A stretch of DNA of 47,443 nt, from the NCBI GenBank assembly GCA_030539935.1, contig JAUNXF010000003.1, positions 1 to 47,443 on the forward strand. The letters run 5' to 3'. This stretch comes from Methanobrevibacter sp. (lineage in GTDB: Archaea > Methanobacteriota > Methanobacteria > Methanobacteriales > Methanobacteriaceae). Under the pieces are notes generated by a model. The model did no database searches. It saw only the letters and a list, made by a program, of their open reading frames with translations, and was not told the origin of the DNA. The translations under genes and the position numbers were made by a program. Positions 9,215 through 18,657 of this stretch are shown piece after piece (position 1 is the stretch's first letter; each line of letters starts with the position of its first letter).

Positions 9215-12200
9215 ATGAAGATGAATAAATTGTTGGGCATTGCTTTAATCCTGCTTTCTTTAATCTGCTTGCCTATAAGCTTTGCAAGTGAATGCAATGT
9301 GGATGGAATTGATGATGCAAGCTTGTCTCAAAGCTGTGACCAAATAAATAATGATGCAAATTTGGAAGACAATTTAAATTTGGATGGCACTGATTTGGAA
9401 TCCAATAATCTGGACTTGGATAATTCCATTTCTGATGATTTGGGTTCTGATGATTATATTCTAGATGATTATAATCCTGAAAATTTGGTTTCACATGATT
9501 ATAATCCTGAAAATTCTAACTTGCTTGATGAAAACACAGAATCAAATGATGATAATGGAAATCACAATCTGGCAGATGGAAATGCAATAGACTATAACTC
9601 TCCTAACTTAAGTCTAAATTTCACAAACCTGGATATAATATTTACAAATGACAATACCATATTTGTCAATGCATCATATAGTGGAAATGTGGAATCCGGA
9701 ACCATTGAAAATCCATTCAGAACTTTTAATTCTGCATATGCTCTATTTTCAAACAGTTCCAACACCAAAACAAACATATATTTGGCAAATGGGGTCTATC
9801 AAATATCAAACAGTATTAAGATCAACAAAAACATCAATATTGTTGGTGAAAGCACTTCAAATACCATAATAAGTGGTGCAAACAATTATCAGATATTTTA
9901 CATTTCACCTCCACAGACTTATGGAGCTGTAAGCCCACTTGTAAACGTCTTTAATTTAACCCTTGCAAATGGAATCTCCTATTATGGAGGCGCCATTTAT
10001 ATGAATGAAAGCGGAGCCAACTTTGTCAATGTTAATTTTGTAAACAACACCGCCAGAAATTCAACAGCCTCCTACTATAGTACAAAAATATATCCTGGTA
10101 GCGGAGGGGCGGTTTACATTGAAAAGTCTTTTGTAAAATTCTACAACAGTCACTTCATTGGCAATAAGGCTTTAGGAGATGGCGATTCATATGCTGGGGC
10201 ATTATTAAATGATATGGGTGAAATCACCATAATCAATTCCCAATTCACAAACAACACAGTTTTAGGAGATTATGGATCTGGAGGAGCCATTTATGATTAC
10301 AGCGGAATTTTGGTTCTTTTCAATTCCACCATTTCAAATAATATCATAAATTCTTCCTATGCCATGGGCGGAGGAATCTCCACTTGGGCTTCCCATAATG
10401 TCTATGTCCTCAATTCCACAATAGACGGCAACAGCCTTTATGGAAATTACACTTTTGGTTCTGCAATAATAAATAAGGCCAACAATCTCATTATAAGCAA
10501 CACTACAATTTCCAATAATTTGGCAAATGGAATATGTGACTCAAATGGAACCTTCTTTAATTTAAATGGTTTTGTAAATGAATCAAATCTTCACTTTGAA
10601 AACAACATTGCTCAAAATCCCCAAAAGTTATTCATGTGCCTTGAAGACCAATTGATTATTGAAAGACCATTTGATGATGCATCCCTGGTTGATTTGCCTT
10701 CAAAATATGATTTAAGAGATTATGGATGGGTAAGTCCCGTAAAAGATCAGGGAGGAAGCGGATCCTGTTGGGCATTCACAACACTTGCGGCATTGGAATC
10801 CTATCTCTTGAAGTATGAAAACATAAGCTATGACTTTTCAGAAAACAATATGAAAAACCTTATGGGAATTTATGGATTGAACGGTACAGACTGGTCAGAT
10901 GGCGGAAACCATTTCATGTCCCTTGCTTACCTCTTGCGTTGGAGCGGACCACTAAATGAAAGCCAAGATCCTTTTGATGATTCAGGGCATGCTTCACCAT
11001 CCAATCTAAAGCCAATTAAGCTCGTTCAAGATGTTTTATACCTTCCAGTCCGTTTGAATTATTTGGACATTAATCAAATCAAGGCAGCATTGATGACATA
11101 TGGAGCCTTATACACTACAATAAATGCAGACAGCTCCTTCCAATATAATCCAGATTATTACCTTGATGTAATCAGCGTTTCCAACCATGCAATTACCTTA
11201 ATTGGTTGGGATGACAATTACTCTGCAGATAATTTTGCTGTAAGGCCACCTGGAGACGGCGCCTTCATCATAAAAAACAGCTGGAACACTGACCATGGCT
11301 ATGATGGATATTGGTATATCTCCTATTATGATAAGACATTTGCAGGTTACGGATTGGACACCCTATCTGCCATGGCATTTACCAAAGTGGGAAATGCAAC
11401 AGATTATAAGACAAATTATCAGTATGACATTTTAGGAAACACCTTTGAATCAATAGGATTTGAATGCAGCACAGCATGGTTTGCAAATCAGTTTACAGCT
11501 AAAAACAACAATCCTTTATCTGCATTCGGCTTATACACCTATGGAGATTCAAGCTATTTGGTAAACATTACAGTAAATGGAGTGGTGAAGCATATTCAGG
11601 AAGGCATTATTAAGGGAGCCGGCTATCACACCATCAAATTGGATGAGTTTGTGGAGCTAACCAAGGATGATGTCTTTAGGGTGGCTGTAAAATTGACAAC
11701 TCCAATTTCATTGTTCCCTGTAGCAATAGAAGCACAAAGAAGCGGTTACAGCAGTGGTGCAGATGCAGAGGAAGGCCAATCATTCATTAGTCCTGACGGA
11801 ATCAATTGGTATGACTTGGCAAGCTATAATGAACCTGTCAAGTTTTTCCAATATGCTCAAGACCATACATTGGAAAAGGCCAATGTCTGTCTCAAGGCAT
11901 ATGCTTCAGGATATGCTGATGTTTTCTTAAATATCAAGTCAAATGCCAGTGTCTATCACTCTGGAGATAATGTAGAGATTACTCTTACCATAACAAATGA
12001 AGGGGATTATATCAGTGATGTAAATGTAAAGGCCACTTTAGACAGTGGAGTTACAGTCAAATCCGCATCCTACTTTAAGGGCGGCTTCAATTACAGCACT
12101 AAAGTATGGCATTTGGATAATTTAACCGAAGGGGAATCAGTTTCCATTACACTTAAATTAGCCATTAATTCAGTTAAGGAGATTGTTACCACAAGCTTTA

Positions 12201-13750
12201 ATTTCAATTATTCAGGTTTCATCCCATCCACCTTCAACACTTCTGCAAGTTTAAGCTTGAATTATGCAGGCATAACAAGCATTGTTCAATTGGATAATGT
12301 AACAACCATTGCAAGGTCACAGGATGAGGTCATAATAAAACTATTGGATTGGAATTCCACTCCATTGGCCAATAAGGCAATTGTAATTTCATTGCTTGAA
12401 AGTGAACTTTATGATTCAGGTGCTGATTTCAGCTTTAGTCCGGTTTCATTAGTTACCGATGGAGAGGGAAATGCGAATTTCATCTTGGATTTGATTGCCG
12501 GAAACTATAAGTTTTTGGCTTCATTTGATGGGGATGATTTGCATGACTCTTCCAACATGACATTTAATGTCACTGTCTCTAAGATCAATACTGAAATTAG
12601 AGCGGTCGGTGAGCTTAACTTATCAAACATTACAACATTTGCCAGATCCAATGATGAATTGAAATTCTATTTGATTGACTCAAGCTTAAACATAATAAAG
12701 GATAAGACATTGAGATTATTCAACAGCCAATTAAACCAATATTGTGATTTAATCTGTGATGAGGACGGATTCTTCACATTCAACTTGAACTTGACCGATG
12801 GAACCTATAATTTCAATTTGGATTTCTCAAATGATGATGTATACAATAATTCCGGATTAAGTTTTGTTGTAAATGTCATCAGGAAGGATTCCCCAATCAT
12901 TTCCATTGAAAGGAATCTATTGAATGTTCATGACAATCTTAAAATAAGCTTAAAAGATCAGGATGGAATCCCTTTGGCAAATGAAATCCTTAAGATTATC
13001 ATAACAAACGATAAGGGAAATCAGAATTCATTGTCAATCTTAAGCGATGATGAGGGAATGGTTGTATTTTCCAATCTCTATCAAGGACTCTTTAATTTCA
13101 AGATTGCCTTTGAAGGTGATGACGTATATGAGGACGCTTTCCTGGATTCAGATGTCACCATCAGCAAAAGGCAGTCCCAGATAATCTATTCAAACATTAC
13201 CGCAGTTGCTGTTGACACTGCAACCGATGGCAATATTGGCAAATACTTCCCTATAGTGCTTAAGGATGATGAGGGAAATGCTTTAGCAAACAAATCCGTT
13301 CAAATAGGATTCTATGGTAAGGTATACAATATGAAAACAGATGAGAACGGATCTTGCAAACTGCAAATAAATCTTGCTAATGCAGGCACTTATAGCCTTG
13401 TAGTATCCTATCCAGGGGATGATGAATACACAGCTTCATATGTTTTAGCTAAAGTCACCGTTAATAAACAGAAAGCTAGTTTGACAGTTCCTAATAAATC
13501 CTATAAGGCAACAGCCAAAACCAAATCATTGACTGCAACCTTCAAATCTGCAAATGGCAAAGTGGTAAAGGGCAAAAAGGTCACATTCACCGTAAATGGA
13601 AAGACCTATTCCGCCACAACCAATGCAAAGGGAGTCGCAACAGTTAAGGTAAGCCTGACTAAAAAGGGAACTTATGGTGTCACTGCCAAGTTTGCAGGTG
13701 ATGGAACTTATTCTGCGATTACTAAAACAGCTAAATTAATTTTAAAATAG
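9215..13750 (+). CDS. Adhesin-like protein with C1A (papain-family) cysteine protease domain, lectin-like, DUF11-like and Ig-like domains
   Basis: Signal peptide (MKMNKLLGIALILLSLICLPISFA); LPSKYDLR...PVKDQGGSGSCWAF (catalytic Cys codon at 10766), NHAITLIGW (His) and FIIKNSW (Asn); adhesin C-terminus. ATG 9215 is preferred over TTG 9203. Confidence 0.9.
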   Translation: MKMNKLLGIALILLSLICLPISFASECNVDGIDDASLSQSCDQINNDANLEDNLNLDGTDLESNNLDLDNSISDDLGSDDYILDDYNPENLVSHDYNPENSNLLDENTESNDDNGNHNLADGNAIDYNSPNLSLNFTNLDIIFTNDNTIFVNASYSGNVESGTIENPFRTFNSAYALFSNSSNTKTNIYLANGVYQISNSIKINKNINIVGESTSNTIISGANNYQIFYISPPQTYGAVSPLVNVFNLTLANGISYYGGAIYMNESGANFVNVNFVNNTARNSTASYYSTKIYPGSGGAVYIEKSFVKFYNSHFIGNKALGDGDSYAGALLNDMGEITIINSQFTNNTVLGDYGSGGAIYDYSGILVLFNSTISNNIINSSYAMGGGISTWASHNVYVLNSTIDGNSLYGNYTFGSAIINKANNLIISNTTISNNLANGICDSNGTFFNLNGFVNESNLHFENNIAQNPQKLFMCLEDQLIIERPFDDASLVDLPSKYDLRDYGWVSPVKDQGGSGSCWAFTTLAALESYLLKYENISYDFSENNMKNLMGIYGLNGTDWSDGGNHFMSLAYLLRWSGPLNESQDPFDDSGHASPSNLKPIKLVQDVLYLPVRLNYLDINQIKAALMTYGALYTTINADSSFQYNPDYYLDVISVSNHAITLIGWDDNYSADNFAVRPPGDGAFIIKNSWNTDHGYDGYWYISYYDKTFAGYGLDTLSAMAFTKVGNATDYKTNYQYDILGNTFESIGFECSTAWFANQFTAKNNNPLSAFGLYTYGDSSYLVNITVNGVVKHIQEGIIKGAGYHTIKLDEFVELTKDDVFRVAVKLTTPISLFPVAIEAQRSGYSSGADAEEGQSFISPDGINWYDLASYNEPVKFFQYAQDHTLEKANVCLKAYASGYADVFLNIKSNASVYHSGDNVEITLTITNEGDYISDVNVKATLDSGVTVKSASYFKGGFNYSTKVWHLDNLTEGESVSITLKLAINSVKEIVTTSFNFNYSGFIPSTFNTSASLSLNYAGITSIVQLDNVTTIARSQDEVIIKLLDWNSTPLANKAIVISLLESELYDSGADFSFSPVSLVTDGEGNANFILDLIAGNYKFLASFDGDDLHDSSNMTFNVTVSKINTEIRAVGELNLSNITTFARSNDELKFYLIDSSLNIIKDKTLRLFNSQLNQYCDLICDEDGFFTFNLNLTDGTYNFNLDFSNDDVYNNSGLSFVVNVIRKDSPIISIERNLLNVHDNLKISLKDQDGIPLANEILKIIITNDKGNQNSLSILSDDEGMVVFSNLYQGLFNFKIAFEGDDVYEDAFLDSDVTISKRQSQIIYSNITAVAVDTATDGNIGKYFPIVLKDDEGNALANKSVQIGFYGKVYNMKTDENGSCKLQINLANAGTYSLVVSYPGDDEYTASYVLAKVTVNKQKASLTVPNKSYKATAKTKSLTATFKSANGKVVKGKKVTFTVNGKTYSATTNAKGVATVKVSLTKKGTYGVTAKFAGDGTYSAITKTAKLILK

Positions 13751-13810
13751 GGATTAACTAATCTCTATTAATATTATTTTTTAATAATTTTTTCTTTTTT
13801 TAATTATTTT
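13746..13810 (+). terminator. Hairpin overlapping the stop codon plus T-rich tract
   Basis: AATAGGGATTA-AC-TAATCTCTATT followed by long T runs. Confidence 0.45.
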
Positions 13811-14045
13811 TCTTAAATTTATTTTTTAAATTTAAATAAATCTATTTTTTATGAAAATCTTTAAGTTTTAAATTAATAATATAAATATTAAAAAAATAAG
13901 ATATTTAATTAGAATTTTATAATTATAATCATAATTATAAAATGATTTATAAATGAAAATTATTTAATTAGATTTTACAATTACAGTTTATTCAATGAAT
14001 TATGGACTTAAGATTCAATCAAATTATGGACTTTAAGGTGAGTAA

Positions 14046-15371
14046 ATGGAAAGTCAAAACATATTAATTAAAGATGCAACCATTTTAAATCCATTGGGAA
14101 ATGGAAAAACAGAAGAGAAAAATGCAGATGTATTGATAGTTGAAGATAGGATAGCAGAGATCAATAAGGAAATTGATGAATCAAATGCAGAAAAGGTCAT
14201 CGATGCAAGTGATAAGATATTGATGCCTGGACTTGTAAACACTCATACTCATATTTCAATGTCATTGCTTCGTGGAATAGCTGATGACTTGGAATTGGAC
14301 ACTTGGCTAAATGATCACATCTGGCCTATGGAAGCACACTTGAATAGGGAGTACTGTTATATTGGCGCACTCCTTGGTGCTGCTGAAATGATCAAATCCG
14401 GAACAACCACATTTTCAGACATGTACTTCTATATGGATGGAGTTGCCCAAGCTGTTGAAGAAATTGGTATGAGGGCAGTGTTGTCATATGGTATGATTGA
14501 TTTCGGCATTGAGGAAAAACGTGAAAACGAATTCAAGGAAAACATTGCACTCATAAAAAATCACAACAATACTGCTGATGGAAGAATCACTACAATGTTC
14601 GGTCCACACTCAATATATACCACTTCAAGTGAGCTTCTTGAGAGGGTCAGAAAGGAAGCGGATAAGTACCAAGTTGGTATCCACATTCATATGAATGAGA
14701 CAATGAAGGAAATTAATGACTCAAAAGAGAACCATCAAAATAAAAGACCCTTTGAGTATTTAAATGACTTGGGTATATTGAATAGTGATATTGTTGCGGC
14801 TCACTGTGTATGGTTAGACCAAAATGAGATAGATTTGATTAAAAAGTATGATGTCAAGGTATCACACAACCCATGCAGTAACATGAAACTTGCATCAGGT
14901 GCAGCACCTATAGGTGAACTATTAAGTCAAGGTGTATGTGTTGGATTAGGTACTGATGGTGCATCAAGCAATAACAATCTTGACATGTTCGATGAGATGA
15001 AGTTTGCAGCACTTCTTCAAAAGGTTTCAACACTCAATCCAAAACTTGCAACTGCAGATGAAGTGATTAACATGGCAACATTCAATGGTGCAAATGCATT
15101 AGGCATTGATGCAGGTTCAATTGAAGTTGGCAAGAAAGCGGATCTTATTCTTGTTGACACAAATCATCCTAACATGACCCCAATGAGCAATGCGATTTCA
15201 TCCAATCTTGTTTACTCCGCTAACGGTTCCAATGTTGACACCACTATCTGTAATGGAAAAATATTGATGGAAAACAGAAAGCTTCTCACTGTTGATGAAG
15301 GCCATATCTTAAGTGAGGCAAAAAGAGCTATTGCAGAAATGAAAGAGTTAAGGGAAGCTGAAGCTGAATAA
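14046..15371 (+). CDS. dadD: 5'-deoxyadenosine/MTA/SAH deaminase (amidohydrolase, MtaD/DadD family)
   Basis: MPGLVNTHTH, HIHMNET, HNPCSNMKLASG and GTDGASSNNNLDMF motifs; GGTGAG RBS. Confidence 0.8.
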   Translation: MESQNILIKDATILNPLGNGKTEEKNADVLIVEDRIAEINKEIDESNAEKVIDASDKILMPGLVNTHTHISMSLLRGIADDLELDTWLNDHIWPMEAHLNREYCYIGALLGAAEMIKSGTTTFSDMYFYMDGVAQAVEEIGMRAVLSYGMIDFGIEEKRENEFKENIALIKNHNNTADGRITTMFGPHSIYTTSSELLERVRKEADKYQVGIHIHMNETMKEINDSKENHQNKRPFEYLNDLGILNSDIVAAHCVWLDQNEIDLIKKYDVKVSHNPCSNMKLASGAAPIGELLSQGVCVGLGTDGASSNNNLDMFDEMKFAALLQKVSTLNPKLATADEVINMATFNGANALGIDAGSIEVGKKADLILVDTNHPNMTPMSNAISSNLVYSANGSNVDTTICNGKILMENRKLLTVDEGHILSEAKRAIAEMKELREAEAE

Positions 15372-15381
15372 AAGGATTGCT

Positions 15382-16140
15382 ATGAAAATATTATACTTCA
15401 CGTCAACAGGAAACAATCTGTATATTGCAAAGAACTTAGGTGGAGAGCTTTTGAGCATTCCTCAATTGATAAAGGGAAATGTCTATGATTTTGAAGATGA
15501 TGCAATTGGAATCATATTTCCAGTCTTTTATGCAAATGCTCCAAAGATCGTTAGGGAATTTATTGATAAGGCCAGCTTTAAAACAGATTATTTGTTCTTG
15601 ATAGCTTCATATGGTTCTGATGGAGATCAGAATGCATTCAAAATCCTGAAAAAGACCTTTAAGAAAAAGGGATTGGAAGTAAATTATACAAATTCTGTAT
15701 TGATGGTTGATAACTATTTGCCTATGTTTGACATGAAAGTGGAAAAGGAAATCAAGGACCAATCTGAAATTGACAATCAAATTGAAATAATCAGGAATGA
15801 TATTGAATCAAGAAAGGAGTTCCACCTTAAGAAAAGGTCAGTTTCTGACATTCCATTCATAGAAAAGGTTTTGGAATCAACAATGACCAAAAGATTCCAT
15901 ATCATTGTTGGTGAGGGATGCAGTGATTGTAAGGTTTGTGCAAGAATCTGTCCTAAAGGAAATATAGACTTAAGCGGTGAAAAGCCAGCTATTGGGGATG
16001 ATTGCTTGTTCTGTCTTGGATGTGTTCATCACTGCAAGGAAAATGTATTCACCATAAACAATGAGAAAAATAGCCAGGAAAGATTCTCTAATCCTAATAT
16101 TAAAGTTTCTGAAATCATTAAAAGCAATAATATGCTTTGA
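15382..16140 (+). CDS. EFR1-family flavodoxin-fold/4Fe-4S ferredoxin protein
   Basis: N-terminal YFTSTGNN flavodoxin motif; C-terminal CxxCxxCxxxCP and CxxCxxCxxxC. Confidence 0.85.
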   Translation: MKILYFTSTGNNLYIAKNLGGELLSIPQLIKGNVYDFEDDAIGIIFPVFYANAPKIVREFIDKASFKTDYLFLIASYGSDGDQNAFKILKKTFKKKGLEVNYTNSVLMVDNYLPMFDMKVEKEIKDQSEIDNQIEIIRNDIESRKEFHLKKRSVSDIPFIEKVLESTMTKRFHIIVGEGCSDCKVCARICPKGNIDLSGEKPAIGDDCLFCLGCVHHCKENVFTINNEKNSQERFSNPNIKVSEIIKSNNML

Positions 16141-16230
16141 TATTGCTTTTATATTTTTTTAGTCAAATCATTTGTTTGTATATGTTCTAACTATTATAAA
16201 ATTTAAAAAAATATAGGGAAATGAACAAGT

Positions 16231-16695
16231 TTATTCATTTACCCAATTGATGATTTCCTCATCAGATTCTCTACCGTATAATCTTCTTCCAGGTTTCCAG
16301 TTAGCTTCTGGATAAGCGTTTTTCAAGTCGTTTTCACAACCTGTTATTCCAGTTCCACCAGAGGTACAGAAAGCTATTGCAGTTTTTCCAGATATGTCAA
16401 TGCTTTCAATGAAAGTGTTGATTATTGTAGGTGCAGTGTACCACCATACCGGAAAACCGATGAGAATTGTATCATATTCAGCGACATCGATTGTTTCCTT
16501 GATTGGAGGCCTGAATGACTTGTCATTCATTTCAATTGTAGATCTGCTTGTTTTATCCATATAATCCAAGTCTGCTGCGGTATATGGAGTTTCAGGAGCA
16601 ATTTCAAAAATGTCTGCATCAAGTGCGTCTGCCACTTTTTCAGCCACTCTTTTGGTCACTCCGCTTGCTGAGAAATAAGTTACTAAAGTTTTCAT
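16231..16695 (-). CDS. Flavodoxin (Flavodoxin_4-like)
   Basis: YFSASGVT, IGFPVWW and FCTSGG motifs; GGTG RBS. Confidence 0.88.
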   Translation of the reverse strand: MKTLVTYFSASGVTKRVAEKVADALDADIFEIAPETPYTAADLDYMDKTSRSTIEMNDKSFRPPIKETIDVAEYDTILIGFPVWWYTAPTIINTFIESIDISGKTAIAFCTSGGTGITGCENDLKNAYPEANWKPGRRLYGRESDEEIINWVNE

Positions 16696-16763
16696 TTTAT
16701 CACCATTTGGTTTAATTTTTCATTTTTTTAATTGTATAATATTGATTCATCATATGTTAATAT

Positions 16764-17873
16764 TTATTCAAATGTATCTACAACATCTTTAAGAAGTGTT
16801 GGGATGTCTAGTTTTTGGGTACAGATTGCCATACAGCTTTCACATTCGGTACATGCAGATGCTGGAGGGTTTGTTGCAGATTTGGTTCCATATATTGCAA
16901 TATGTGAAGGAAGTGAAAGCATCTTTTCACTGTTGTATAGTTCAAAGTAATCAGGTATTGGAATTCCTATTGGACATTCCTTAAGACAGTATCCGCAATA
17001 GCTGCAGTCAATTGCAATAAGTCCCTTGATTTCTTTAGCCATACTTAAGATAAACTCTTTTTCCTCTTCATTCAGTGGTTTATATGGTTTGAATACACTG
17101 CTGTTTTCCTTCATCTGTTCAATATTTCCCACTCCACTTAAAACCACTTTGACATTTTTAGGATGTGCTGCAAATCTTAAGGCTGCTTCAACCAAGCTCA
17201 TGCCATTTTCGTTGAATTTTTCCTTAATATTATCTGGCAAATTGAATAATGTTCCACCTTTTATAGGTTCCATTACGATTACATCAACGCCGTATTTTTC
17301 GCAGATTTCATAATTCTTTCTTGATTCTGTAAGTTTGCTTTCCCAATCGAGGTAGTTTAACTGAAGCTGTACAACATCAATCATGTCACCATATTTTGCA
17401 AGGATCTTTTCAAGCAAATCGGATTTGTCATGGTAACTGAATCCAATTTTACGAGCTTTTCCTTCTTCCTTTGCTTTTTTAAGGTAATCAAAGCTTTTGC
17501 AGTTTTCAACTATATTGTAAAATGCTTCATTAATATTGTGGATTAGCAAGACATCAAAGTAATCGATTCCAAGTCTTTCAAGCATGATATCTGCATATTT
17601 TTCATTGTCGGATTCCTTTTGAAGCATCCAGGTAGGTATCTTGTCAGCTATCTTAAAGGATTCGCGAGGATATCTTTCCACAAGCCCTAGTTTTAGTCCC
17701 GCTTCAGAGGCTCCATTGTGATATGCATAAGAGGTATCAAAGTAGTTGAAACCTTGGTCCATATAATAATCAATCATTTCTGTAAAATCTTTAAAGTTTA
17801 TGGAACTTTCATCATTCTCATCTTCAAGGTCCAGTCTCATAGCTCCAAATCCAAACATAACATCATCGCTCAT
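16764..17873 (-). CDS. Aldo/keto reductase with C-terminal 4Fe-4S dicluster
   Basis: GFGAMR, YFDTSYAYH, IGFSYH and VMEPIKGG motifs, plus CxxCxxCxxxCP and CxxCxxCxxxC. ATG 17873 follows an AGGTG RBS. Confidence 0.88.
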   Translation of the reverse strand: MSDDVMFGFGAMRLDLEDENDESSINFKDFTEMIDYYMDQGFNYFDTSYAYHNGASEAGLKLGLVERYPRESFKIADKIPTWMLQKESDNEKYADIMLERLGIDYFDVLLIHNINEAFYNIVENCKSFDYLKKAKEEGKARKIGFSYHDKSDLLEKILAKYGDMIDVVQLQLNYLDWESKLTESRKNYEICEKYGVDVIVMEPIKGGTLFNLPDNIKEKFNENGMSLVEAALRFAAHPKNVKVVLSGVGNIEQMKENSSVFKPYKPLNEEEKEFILSMAKEIKGLIAIDCSYCGYCLKECPIGIPIPDYFELYNSEKMLSLPSHIAIYGTKSATNPPASACTECESCMAICTQKLDIPTLLKDVVDTFE

Positions 17874-17960
17874 AATTGTCACCTGTTTAATTAGATTATA
17901 ATATTCTCTTGAATTTTCATATATTTTTAAAAATATTATATTTGATATAATATATAAATC

Positions 17961-17989
17961 TTTCCTAAGGAAACAGTTATCTAATGAAA
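17961..17989. promoter_or_regulatory. Putative MarR operator (palindrome plus degenerate copy) between divergent TATA boxes
   Basis: TTTCCT-A-AGGAAA at 17961-17973 and TTATCTAATGAAA at 17977-17989; flanked by TTTATATA (minus strand, 17951-17958) and TTTAAATA (plus strand, 17993-18000). Confidence 0.55.
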
Positions 17990-18061
17990 ATATTTAAATA
18001 TATTGAAAAATATAGTTTATATAAAGAGAATAAGCTTTATTGTTTTAGAATTGGTGTAAAT

Positions 18062-18517
18062 ATGGAATTGCCTAATCAATTTATTAATGAAAATCCTGAG
18101 GACATTAGAATTTATCACTTTGTAGAGGAATTGGTAGGAAGCTTTAAAAATTACATTGATGAGGAATTTGTAGATGAAGACATAAGTTTAGTTGAACTTC
18201 CTTTTTTACTTAGAATAAGATTTTCTACTGAAGGAACTCAAAAGGAATTGGTAAATCTGTTTAAGGTAAGTGATGGATATACTGCAAAGCTTTTAAGGCG
18301 CTTTGAAGTAGCCGGTCTTATCCAAAGAATTGAAGATCCCTCTAATAGACGTAGAAAATTAGTGAAATTAACTGATAAGGGCATTAAAAGAACTGATAAG
18401 ATATTAAAGTACATTGATTACTGGGAAGATACAGTAATGGATGGAATCGATGAGGATGAGAGAAAAGTCTTGAAAAAATCCTTATTGAAGTTGGTTCTAA
18501 ACACTCAAAAGCTTTAA
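18062..18517 (+). CDS. MarR-family transcriptional regulator
   Basis: Winged helix TQKELV...GLIQRIEDPSNRRRKLVKLTDKG. ATG 18062 follows a GGTG RBS; the upstream ATG 17984 lies in the promoter region. Confidence 0.88.
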   Translation: MELPNQFINENPEDIRIYHFVEELVGSFKNYIDEEFVDEDISLVELPFLLRIRFSTEGTQKELVNLFKVSDGYTAKLLRRFEVAGLIQRIEDPSNRRRKLVKLTDKGIKRTDKILKYIDYWEDTVMDGIDEDERKVLKKSLLKLVLNTQKL

Positions 18518-18584
18518 AATTCCTTTTCTATTTTTTTAAAACAAGTTTTCATAAATAATTTTAGATTATACGAACTATTTTTTT

Positions 18585-18614
18585 AAAAATAAAAAAAGTG
18601 GAGTCAAACTCCAC
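18585..18614 (-). terminator. Hairpin plus U-tract terminator after tfrA
   Basis: GTGGAGT-TTG-ACTCCAC followed by T7 on the minus strand. Confidence 0.65.
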
Positions 18615-18657
18615 AAGAATTAGAATAAAATATATTGATAAAAATTAGTCAATTTTA

